NCBI GenBank assembly: GCA_964403545.1
Contig: CAYOGN010000153.1
Span: 1-56,998 of the forward strand
Origin: an uncultured Gammaproteobacteria bacterium
GTDB lineage: Bacteria > Pseudomonadota > Gammaproteobacteria > Arenicellales > Poriferihabitantaceae
Length of the DNA stretch: 56,998 bases
Reading direction: 5' to 3'
A program made the position numbers and the translations under genes. A model generated the notes under the pieces. The model saw nothing but the letters and a program-made list of their open reading frames with translations. It was not told the origin of the DNA and ran no database searches. Numbering within the stretch: position 1 is the first letter of the stretch; each line of letters opens with the position of its first letter. Below are positions 37,068 to 45,235 of this stretch, piece by piece.

Positions 37068-37600
37068 ATTATCTTCAGATCTGCCAACAGTCCCGCTCTA
37101 CGATCCTTGGCGGAAACGATGGGATTTGCAATGGGCCACTCTACACCAATAGCAGGATCGTTCCATAAAATTCCACGATCGTCAGCCGGTTTATACAAAG
37201 AAGTACATTTGTAGACAACGTCCGCCATCTCGCTTACAACGCAGAAACCGTGGGCAAATCCGGGGGGAACATATACTTGCTGTTTGTTTTCTGCACTGAT
37301 CGCCACCCCGACCCATTGTCCATAGGTTGGTGATTCCATTCGAACGTCTACTGCAACGTCAAATATTTCTCCACTGATCACACGTACAAGTTTGCCTTGC
37401 CACTGCGGATATTGAAAATGCAGACCACGAAGAACACCACGTGCGGAGCGAGAGTGGTTATCCTGAACAAAGTTATCCGGCAATCCGGCATTGGCAAAAT
37501 CCGCTTGATGAAAGGTTTCCATAAAGAATCCACGATCATCACCATGCACGGTGGGTGAAATGACTACAACCCCGGGCAATTTGGTCCTCTCAACTTTCAC
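37064..37600 (-). CDS. rfbC: dTDP-4-dehydrorhamnose 3,5-epimerase
   Basis: LPGVVVISPTVHGDDRGFFMETF..., RGLHFQ, PPGFAHGF. Confidence 0.95.
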   Translation of the reverse strand: MKVERTKLPGVVVISPTVHGDDRGFFMETFHQADFANAGLPDNFVQDNHSRSARGVLRGLHFQYPQWQGKLVRVISGEIFDVAVDVRMESPTYGQWVGVAISAENKQQVYVPPGFAHGFCVVSEMADVVYKCTSLYKPADDRGILWNDPAIGVEWPIANPIVSAKDRRAGLLADLKII

Positions 37601-37664
37601 AACTGGACTCCTGGAGTCTGATAATTGGCCCGATTATACAGACGTGGAAAGCAATGTAATGTCT

Positions 37665-38789
37665 TCAGGTAACCAGATCATCAAAGAAGCCCTTTATTTT
37701 TGAGCTCCAGGAACCCCTTCGCGGCGAGTGTCGATCACCACCTTCGGCCAACGCCACATCAAGTTCCTTTAAAATATCTTTCTGTTTTCTGGTCAGATTA
37801 ACCGGGGTTTCAATGGAAATCTTACAATACAGATCACCGACATTTCCATTGCGAACATTTTTAACCCCCTTGCCACGCAACCTGAAAACTTTCTCAGATT
37901 GGGTCTCTGGCGGAATTTTTATCGTCGCCCGGCCTGACAAAGTAGGAACTTCGATACTCCCACCCAATGCAATGGTAGCGAAATTTACCGGCACATCACA
38001 ATACAGATTGTCAGCATCGCGTTCAAAAATCTCATGGGCTTTAATGTTTACCTGCACATAAAGATCGCCCGGTTTGGTGCCCGGACCACCGCTCTCACCT
38101 TCTCCACTTAATCTCACCTGATCGCCAACATCGACACCTGCAGGAATCTTGACTGACAAGGTTTTCTCATCTCGAACAACACCCTTCCCACTGCAGGATG
38201 AGCACGGATCGGTCACTATCTTTCCCTGCCCTCGGCATTGGGGACAGGTCTGCTGTACTGAAAAGAAACCTTGCTGCATCCGTACCTGGCCATGGCCGCT
38301 ACAGGTACCACAGGTTTTCGACTCTGAACCGGGTCTGGAACCAGACCCATTGCAAGTGTCGCAATCTGCCATCCTCGGCACCCGGATTTTCTTCTCTACG
38401 CCCTGAACCGCCTCTTCCAGTGACAGTTCGATGTTGTAGCGCAGATCAGAGCCCCGGTTTTGACGACGTCCACCGCCACCACTGCCGAATATATCGCCGA
38501 ATATATCGCCGAATATATCGCCCGTACTACCACTGAATCCACCACCGCCCATACCAGAGGTCTGGTCAACACCTGCGTGACCAAACTGGTCATAGGCCGA
38601 TTTTTTTTGCGGGTTATTGAGAATGTCATAGGCTTCCTTGGCCTCCCTGAACTTCACCTCCGCCCCGGCATCATCCTTGTTTCGATCAGGATGGTGCTTC
38701 ATCGCCAGCCGGCGATAGGCTTTCTTAAGTTCATCGGTACTGGCATCACGACCAACCCCCAGTACTTCGTAATAATCTCGCTTTGCCAT
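37665..38789 (-). CDS. dnaJ: Molecular chaperone DnaJ
   Basis: J domain [12 protein letters not shown]...HPDRN, G/F region, four CxxCxGxG zinc-finger repeats. Confidence 0.97.
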   Translation of the reverse strand: MAKRDYYEVLGVGRDASTDELKKAYRRLAMKHHPDRNKDDAGAEVKFREAKEAYDILNNPQKKSAYDQFGHAGVDQTSGMGGGGFSGSTGDIFGDIFGDIFGSGGGGRRQNRGSDLRYNIELSLEEAVQGVEKKIRVPRMADCDTCNGSGSRPGSESKTCGTCSGHGQVRMQQGFFSVQQTCPQCRGQGKIVTDPCSSCSGKGVVRDEKTLSVKIPAGVDVGDQVRLSGEGESGGPGTKPGDLYVQVNIKAHEIFERDADNLYCDVPVNFATIALGGSIEVPTLSGRATIKIPPETQSEKVFRLRGKGVKNVRNGNVGDLYCKISIETPVNLTRKQKDILKELDVALAEGGDRHSPRRGSWSSKIKGFFDDLVT

Positions 38790-38805
38790 AGTCCTGTATA
38801 CGCAA

Positions 38806-38831
38806 GAAGCGGGATCAGATGATCCCGCTTC
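38806..38831 (-). promoter_or_regulatory. Strong intergenic hairpin between dnaK and dnaJ (partial terminator / mRNA-stability element)
   Basis: Perfect 11-bp stem GAAGCGGGATC / GATCCCGCTTC with a 4-nt loop. Only a weak U tract follows on the coding strand. Confidence 0.5.
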
Positions 38832-38872
38832 TCTCTGTCACTCGTTATAACTACATAGAATACTGAAAATTA

Positions 38873-40804
38873 TCAGGCTTTCTTGTCACTGTCATCTACT
38901 TCTTCAAATTCCGCGTCCACCACGTCATCGGAAGAGTTGTCGCCATTTTCAGCACTTGCGCCATCTGAAGTAGTGTCGCCGTCGGCACCCTGGGCGTACA
39001 TCTGTTCTGCCATTTTATGGCTAGCCTGGGTCAGGGTTTCAGTCTTGTTGGTGATCTCCTCTTTATCATCACCTTTTAAAGCTTCTTCAAGATCTGAAAT
39101 GGCTGACTCAATGCCGGATTTCTCGCCCGCATCCAGCTTGTCACCGAGTTCACCCATGGACTTGGTGACACCATGAATCATGGCTTCACCATGATTTCGC
39201 GCATCCACCAGTTCCCGGGCTTTTCGATCTTCGTCGGCATGCTCTTCAGCGTCCTGAACCATTTTTTCGATTTCATCATCGGACAGACCGGAACTCGATT
39301 TAATCACGATCTTGTTCTCTTTGCCGGTAGCCTTATCCTTCGCAGTTACATTTAAAATTCCGTTTGCGTCGATATCCAGGCTGACTACGATTTGTGGTAC
39401 ACCGCGCGGTGCCGCCGGAATTTCGGTGAGGTCAAAACGACCCAGGGACTTGTTACCACTTGCCATTTCCCGCTCGCCTTGCAACACATGCACGGTAACA
39501 GCATTCTGATTATCCGCAGCCGTTGAAAACACCTGCTCCGCTTTGGTCGGAATCGTCGTATTTTTCTCAATCAGCTTTGTCATCACCTCACCATAGGTTT
39601 CTATGCCGAGAGACAGTGGAGTCACGTCAAGTAACAGTACATCGGTGACATCGCCACCAAGTACACCGCCCTGGATTGCGGCACCAACCGCCACCGCTTC
39701 GTCCGGATTCACATCTCTTCGCGGCTCTTTTCCGAAGAAATTTTTCACCGCCTCCTGCACCTTGGGCATCCGCGTTTGCCCGCCCACCAGAATGACATCA
39801 TCAATCTCTGACGCACTCAATCCGGCGTCTTTAAGCGCTGTTTTACACGGCGCCAGGGTTTGCTGCACCAGCGCATCCACCAGGGATTCGAATTTAGCGC
39901 GGGATAATTTCAGATTAAGGTGCTTTGGTCCACTCGCATCTGCCGTAATGTAGGGCAGGTTAACCTCGGTTTGGGTACTGGAAGAAAGCTCTATCTTTGC
40001 CTTCTCGGCACCCTCCTTCAGACGTTGCATCGCCAACGGGTCGCCGCGCAGATCCATACCCTGGTCTTTTTTGAATTCATCCGCCAGATAGTCGATTAAA
40101 CGCCGATCGAAATCTTCACCACCGAGAAAAGTATCGCCGTTGGTTGACAAAACCTCAAACTGATGCTCCCCTTCAATTTCGGCAATTTCAATAACCGACA
40201 CGTCGAAAGTACCACCACCCAGATCGTAAACTACTATCTTTCGATCGCCTCTGGCCTTGTCCATACCATAAGCCAGCGCTGCTGCTGTAGGCTCGTTAAT
40301 GATGCGCTTGACATCGAGACCAGCAATTTTGCCCGCGTCCTTGGTGGCCTGGCGTTGAGAATCATTAAAGTATGCAGGTACCGTAATAACAGCCTCAGTG
40401 ACCGTTTCTCCAAGGTAGTCTTCTGCGGTTTTTTTCATTTTCTGCAAAATCCGCGCAGAAACTTCCGGAGCTGCCATTTGCTTGCCACCGGCTTCCACCC
40501 AGGCATCACCATTTTTCGCTTTAACAATTTTGTAGGGCATAATACCGATGTCCCGCTGCACCAGTTTATCTTCAAACTGGCGGCCGATTAACCGCTTGAC
40601 CGCAAAAATCGTATTCTCGGGATTCGTTACCGATTGCCTTTTGGCAGATTGACCTACCAGAACCTCATCATCTTTGGTAAATGCGACGATTGATGGTGTG
40701 GTGCGATCGCCTTCGCTGTTCTCTATAACTTTGGGCGTATCACCCTCCATTACCGCTACGCATGAATTGGTTGTACCGAGATCGATACCGATAATTTTAG
40801 CCAT
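38873..40804 (-). CDS. dnaK: Molecular chaperone DnaK (Hsp70)
   Basis: [21 protein letters not shown]... is full-length Hsp70 with an acidic C-terminus. Confidence 0.98.
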   Translation of the reverse strand: MAKIIGIDLGTTNSCVAVMEGDTPKVIENSEGDRTTPSIVAFTKDDEVLVGQSAKRQSVTNPENTIFAVKRLIGRQFEDKLVQRDIGIMPYKIVKAKNGDAWVEAGGKQMAAPEVSARILQKMKKTAEDYLGETVTEAVITVPAYFNDSQRQATKDAGKIAGLDVKRIINEPTAAALAYGMDKARGDRKIVVYDLGGGTFDVSVIEIAEIEGEHQFEVLSTNGDTFLGGEDFDRRLIDYLADEFKKDQGMDLRGDPLAMQRLKEGAEKAKIELSSSTQTEVNLPYITADASGPKHLNLKLSRAKFESLVDALVQQTLAPCKTALKDAGLSASEIDDVILVGGQTRMPKVQEAVKNFFGKEPRRDVNPDEAVAVGAAIQGGVLGGDVTDVLLLDVTPLSLGIETYGEVMTKLIEKNTTIPTKAEQVFSTAADNQNAVTVHVLQGEREMASGNKSLGRFDLTEIPAAPRGVPQIVVSLDIDANGILNVTAKDKATGKENKIVIKSSSGLSDDEIEKMVQDAEEHADEDRKARELVDARNHGEAMIHGVTKSMGELGDKLDAGEKSGIESAISDLEEALKGDDKEEITNKTETLTQASHKMAEQMYAQGADGDTTSDGASAENGDNSSDDVVDAEFEEVDDSDKKA

Positions 40805-40851
40805 TTTGTGTGATCCTCGTGAATTCTTGAAAAATATCTGTCTGGTCTGAA

Positions 40852-40880
40852 ATATGTGGATTAACCTGTTAATTACAAGG
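40852..40880 (-). promoter_or_regulatory. Putative sigma-32 promoter of dnaK
   Basis: Minus strand CCTTGTAA, 13 nt, CCACATATT, compared with CCCTTGAA-N13/14-CCCCATNT. It lies about 45 nt upstream of the dnaK ATG. Confidence 0.5.
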
Positions 40881-40930
40881 TATTTTGCGCTCCATTTATG
40901 TGATAATTATGCTCCGGGTTATTGCATGAA

Positions 40931-41605
40931 CTAGCTTGCTACTACTACCATCGCTGGGCGTAATAATCGGTCCTTGAGAACGAAACCCTTTTGCATGACA
41001 TTGATGATGTGACTGGACTCAATTTCATCCGATGCCACCATACTGATCGCTTGATGTTTATCAGGATCAAACTTGACTCCCGGACCCGCTTCTACCTCAG
41101 TGATGGAAAATTTTCCAAGAACGGTCTCCAGCTGCTTGAGGGTAAGGGCCAGCCCCTGATTCATATTCACAACTGCCTCACTTTCGTCATCATCGATTGT
41201 GACCTGCACAGCCTGATCAAGGGAATCGTTGACCAGCAGAATTTCGTTCGCAAATCCCTCTAACGCATACTTGCGTGCTGTGACCACCTCGTTTTGCGCG
41301 CGGCGGCGGATATTCTCCATTTCAGCCTTGGCCCGGAGAAAGTTATCCTGCATTTCACTAATCTTTTCTTTGGCGCTGGTGAGCGCGTCAACCAATTCCT
41401 GGTGGGATAACGACGATATTTCTGAATCTGCGGGCACCCTGGTATCTTCATCCTCAACAGAATTTGATTCCTCAGCAGGGTTTTCCGGGAATTGCCCGGA
41501 TTGCTGTTCGCGGCCAGCGGTTGCAACTTCTTTTATCGCAGCTTCAACATCGTCTTGCGTCGGGATTTCCGGTGTTTTTTCGGTTTCAATATCTGTAGAT
41601 TTCAT
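40931..41605 (-). CDS. grpE: Nucleotide exchange factor GrpE
   Basis: Acidic N-terminus, coiled coil LRAKAEMENIRRR, C-terminal beta domain ...QKGFVLKDRLLRPAMVVV. ATG (M9) preferred over the upstream GTG at 41629. Confidence 0.93.
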   Translation of the reverse strand: MKSTDIETEKTPEIPTQDDVEAAIKEVATAGREQQSGQFPENPAEESNSVEDEDTRVPADSEISSLSHQELVDALTSAKEKISEMQDNFLRAKAEMENIRRRAQNEVVTARKYALEGFANEILLVNDSLDQAVQVTIDDDESEAVVNMNQGLALTLKQLETVLGKFSITEVEAGPGVKFDPDKHQAISMVASDEIESSHIINVMQKGFVLKDRLLRPAMVVVAS

Positions 41606-41637
41606 CGCCCGGTCGGGTAAAGTTAGCACTGCCGCTC

Positions 41638-41667
41638 AAAATGGGGGCAATGAGGACAAAGGACAAG
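41638..41667 (-). promoter_or_regulatory. Putative sigma-32 promoter of grpE
   Basis: Minus strand CTTGTCC, 13-14 nt, CCCCCATTT. It lies about 30 nt upstream of the ATG at 41605. The -35 match is only partial. Confidence 0.4.
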
Positions 41668-41770
41668 CAGTCAAATCGAATTTTTTATAAAATTCGCGAA
41701 ATTAACTGGAGATGGGCCCAACCAATTGACCACGAAGTGGGACAAATTGTCGGCACTTCACCAGCGTTCG

Positions 41771-42103
41771 TTAGATAGAAAACGAAGACCCGCAGCCACA
41801 AGTTGCACTGGCATTAGGATTATTGACAAGAAACCGGGTACCCATCAAATCATCCTTGAAATCGATCTCTGCACCTCCAAGGTACTGCAAACTAAGCATA
41901 TCGACAATGATTTTGATTCCGGATTGCTCAATTGAAATGTCGTCTTCCTGTTGCAATTCATCAAACTGAAAACCGTACTGAAAACCGGAACAACCCCCGC
42001 CCTGAATGTGTACCCGCAGCATCAGATCCGGGTTGTCTTTGGTAGCGAGAAGTTGATGAACACGATCAACCGCGCTATTACTGATTTTAAGGTCTGTTTG
42101 CAT
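41771..42103 (-). CDS. erpA: Iron-sulfur cluster insertion protein ErpA (A-type carrier, HesB/IscA family)
   Basis: GGGCSGFQYGF and C-terminal NPNASATCGCGSSFSI. Confidence 0.9.
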   Translation of the reverse strand: MQTDLKISNSAVDRVHQLLATKDNPDLMLRVHIQGGGCSGFQYGFQFDELQQEDDISIEQSGIKIIVDMLSLQYLGGAEIDFKDDLMGTRFLVNNPNASATCGCGSSFSI

Positions 42104-42297
42104 GGAATTCGAAGGGGAAAGATGTCCTGCTGACTATATAGGTTCATAACAGTAATAATCAATAAGATATGTAGATTTTTGCTGCTATAGTAACAGTGGA
42201 TATTACGGTAAATTGGTGAATAGATCACAGCAATACAATAAATTTTTGCCTTATAATGCGATTAAATCCAGATCACAAACATCATCAGGTGGAAAAA

Positions 42298-43008
42298 ATG
42301 AAATTCATCAAGTTGATTCTTGCCGCTGCGGTTCTAGTTTTCATAGGTATCAGTAGCAGTTTCGCCGCGAAACCCCGTATTGGAGTGGCTGAATTCAGCA
42401 ATACTTCAGGTGCCTATTGGTGGACTGGCGGGGTTGGTAACGACCTTGCAAGTATGGTAACCAATGAACTGGCCAATAACGGAAATTTCAGGGTTGTAGA
42501 ACGTTCAAAACTGGAAGCAGTGTTGCAGGAGCAGGACCTTTCCAGTGCCGGCAGAATTTCCAGTGGTACCCGGGCCAAGATCGGTCAACTGACGGGGGCA
42601 AAGTATCTTGTACTGGGCACCGTAACCGCATATGAGGACAACTCTGACAGCACAGGCGGAGGATTTTCAATTTCTGGCATCAGTATCGGCGGCAAGAAGA
42701 AAAAGGCCTATATGGCGCTGGACCTTCGAGTGGTAAATACTGATAGCGGCGAAATTGCTTATAATCGCACTATAGAGGCACGATCCGGCGGCTTCGGGAT
42801 ACGACTGGGTCTATTCAAAAACGGCTTCGCAGGAAGCCTTGGGAAAGAAAAGAAAACTCCCGCGGGCAAAGCAATTCGTGCGGCAGTACTGGAAATCGTC
42901 GACTATCTGGAATGTGCAATGGTGACTCAGGATGGTTGTATGGCGGATTTTGATGCCAAGGAGAAGAAGCGCAAGAAGAGTTTGAAAAGCGTTATCAGCC
43001 TGGATTAA
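42298..43008 (+). CDS. CsgG/HfaB-family periplasmic/outer-membrane protein (CsgG-like)
   Basis: RIGVAEFSNTSG...GNDLASMVTNELANNGNFRVVERSKLEAVLQEQDL...GAKYLVLGTVTAY is the CsgG-like core. It has a signal peptide (MKFIKLILAAAVLVFIGISSSFA) but no lipobox Cys. Start moved to M15, which has a GGTGGA SD. Confidence 0.7.
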   Translation: MKFIKLILAAAVLVFIGISSSFAAKPRIGVAEFSNTSGAYWWTGGVGNDLASMVTNELANNGNFRVVERSKLEAVLQEQDLSSAGRISSGTRAKIGQLTGAKYLVLGTVTAYEDNSDSTGGGFSISGISIGGKKKKAYMALDLRVVNTDSGEIAYNRTIEARSGGFGIRLGLFKNGFAGSLGKEKKTPAGKAIRAAVLEIVDYLECAMVTQDGCMADFDAKEKKRKKSLKSVISLD

Positions 43009-43870
43009 ATGCAGTAAGTGCTTCTCCTTCTATTGTGATTCGATGCATGAGACGACGCTCCCCATCATAATCGTTTAGCGCACAATGGTGAGTAGCGCGA
43101 TTGTCCCAAATCGCCATTGAACCTTTTCGCCATTTAAACCGGCAGGTGAATTCATTTTGCTGCGCATGACGGTATAAATACTCCAGCAAAGGCCCAGATT
43201 CCTGCCTGGTCCAGTTTTCAAACTTGACCGTAAAATCGCCATTCACATACAGCGACGGGCGACTGGAGAGTGGATGACGAATAATCACCGGGTGGTTCAC
43301 GTCCTGCATCGCCGCCGATGTATTACCCAATCGACCGCCCAGGTCATCCGTATCCCTTTCGTTGTGAGCCTGCACACCAAAAACATGTCGACTGGAGTGC
43401 TCTGCGCGCAATTTTGTTAAAAATTTTTGCAACCCTGCTGAAAGACTGTCATAGGCGGCGTACATGCTGGAAAACAGTGTGTCACCACCAATTTCAGGAA
43501 CCTCGCGAGCGTACAATATGGACCCCATTGCCGGAATTCGATCATAGGAATGATCGGTATGCCATTGCGCACCAATATTTGCTTTTTGATGGGGTTCCTT
43601 GCGCACTTCTGCAATCATCGGATGTGTCGCCACCGGCTGGAAAAAACGATTGATATTGATCTCGCCCCAGCGTCGGGCAAATTCGATATGTTGTTCAGGG
43701 GTAATATCCTGATCGCGAAAAAAAATAACACTGTTGTCAATAAACGCTCGCTGGATTTCTGCAAACTGCTCCCTGCCAACGCCGGCCGCAATATCTACAC
43801 CAAGCACCTCTGCACCAATCGCCCGACTCAACGGTAATACTTCAATAGTCTTCCAATTAAAATCAATCAT
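42995..43870 (-). CDS. TauD/TfdA family Fe(II)/2-oxoglutarate-dependent dioxygenase (taurine dioxygenase-like)
   Basis: WHTDHSY (HxD iron motif), ...WDNRATHH..., about 290 aa. Confidence 0.85.
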   Translation of the reverse strand: MIDFNWKTIEVLPLSRAIGAEVLGVDIAAGVGREQFAEIQRAFIDNSVIFFRDQDITPEQHIEFARRWGEININRFFQPVATHPMIAEVRKEPHQKANIGAQWHTDHSYDRIPAMGSILYAREVPEIGGDTLFSSMYAAYDSLSAGLQKFLTKLRAEHSSRHVFGVQAHNERDTDDLGGRLGNTSAAMQDVNHPVIIRHPLSSRPSLYVNGDFTVKFENWTRQESGPLLEYLYRHAQQNEFTCRFKWRKGSMAIWDNRATHHCALNDYDGERRLMHRITIEGEALTAFNPG

Positions 43871-43932
43871 ACTAAATTCAGTCAGATAGCTGTAAGCTCA
43901 ACTTTGACACATCCACTGTAGTAGTTGTGAAC

Positions 43933-44364
43933 CTAATTCGCCTGGACCCAGCGCACGATATCAGATGCCCCCATCGCACCTGCCTGGCGGGCAACTTCTT
44001 TCCCGTTTCTGAACAGCGCAATAGTCGGAATACTCCGAATGCCAAATTTTGCCGCAATGGCCTGTTCGTTTTCGGTGTTTAGCTTCAGCAGCCGAACGTT
44101 GGGCTCCAATTGGCCAGCCGCCTGTTTGAAAGCAGGTGCCATCATTTTACAGGGACCACACCAGGGTGCCCAGAAATCTACAACGACGGGGATATCGTTT
44201 TGACTGATATGTTTATCGAAGCTATTGCCGGTTACTTCCAGTGGCTGTGCCATAAACAGGGACTTATGGCACTTGCCACAGTTGGGATTGTCAATGCGTC
44301 GCGTCGAAGGAACCCGATTAACGGCATTGCAATGAGGACAAACAATATGTTGGGCATCAGTCAT
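43933..44364 (-). CDS. trxC: Thioredoxin 2 (N-terminal zinc-finger thioredoxin)
   Basis: N-terminal CPHC...CGKC zinc site plus WAPWCGPCK active site. Confidence 0.9.
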   Translation of the reverse strand: MTDAQHIVCPHCNAVNRVPSTRRIDNPNCGKCHKSLFMAQPLEVTGNSFDKHISQNDIPVVVDFWAPWCGPCKMMAPAFKQAAGQLEPNVRLLKLNTENEQAIAAKFGIRSIPTIALFRNGKEVARQAGAMGASDIVRWVQAN

Positions 44365-44609
44365 GGCGCATTCTTCATGGTAAAAAGGGTTGATTCTCTA
44401 TCTGGTGTCCGAACCCCGAATGTTCAAGCGTTTTCACTGTCAATGAGGACATACCAGGTCGGAGAATCGAAGCCGCAGTGGAGTTTGATACAGCTATTGA
44501 GCGATTTTAGCGAGAATTTACCGGGTAGTTCGAGTGTCCTTTTTTTATTAAAATACAGGGTCAGTCGACCACGTATAGCACCCATCACCGATCAGGAGAA
44601 ACCTGCCCT

Positions 44610-45224
44610 ATGAACCTGAATAGATTAAAACAGGCCGAAGATGAATTCCTGGCCCATTATCCAGGAGGGTTCAGTCACCCGGATATGATGGCTTTGGGGA
44701 AGAAACACAAAATGGACAGGATGATCGAATTGTCACAGCAGGCATTCGATGAAGTAGCGTTTGCCCACCCCAATGGCATCATTGAAAACCTGATCAAGAT
44801 CATCAGTCGTTCTTCCATGGTATCAATGTTTGAAAAACCAAAATTCAAAGGTTTTGCCAATAACCTGGACAGGTTGGAGAAAGATCTGCTGGTTGAAGGG
44901 TTGCAAGAGCGGTTGTATGGCAACGAACAGCATGGATTTGAAATGATGCTGGAATTGTTAAATACCCGCAAAATTGGCAAGTGGACTCTGGTTTCTATTT
45001 GCCCGGTTTATTTTCGTCCGCAATTTGAAGTTTTTGTCAAACCAACCACAGTCAAAAAAATTATCTCTCAACTATGCCTGAAAAACCTGGAGTACAGGCC
45101 GACGCCCGACTGGGAGTTTTACCGTATCTTTCGCGACCAGATTAACATTCTGAAATCCAAAGTGGATCCCGGCCTGTCGCCAAGTAATGCGGCTTTCACC
45201 GGATTCCTGATGATGAGTTTGTGA
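44610..45224 (+). CDS. Hypothetical protein (conserved-looking, no family recognised)
   Basis: Clean 204-aa ORF with GGAGAA SD 7 nt upstream. No motif recognised. Confidence 0.5.
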   Translation: MNLNRLKQAEDEFLAHYPGGFSHPDMMALGKKHKMDRMIELSQQAFDEVAFAHPNGIIENLIKIISRSSMVSMFEKPKFKGFANNLDRLEKDLLVEGLQERLYGNEQHGFEMMLELLNTRKIGKWTLVSICPVYFRPQFEVFVKPTTVKKIISQLCLKNLEYRPTPDWEFYRIFRDQINILKSKVDPGLSPSNAAFTGFLMMSL

Positions 45225-45235
45225 TGGAAATAGGA

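Noticed and set aside
41622-41629. TTAGCACT half-site near the grpE start as a CIRCE operator.
   Set aside because: Only one half-site is present, with no inverted partner at 9-nt spacing. It overlaps the alternative GTG start region.
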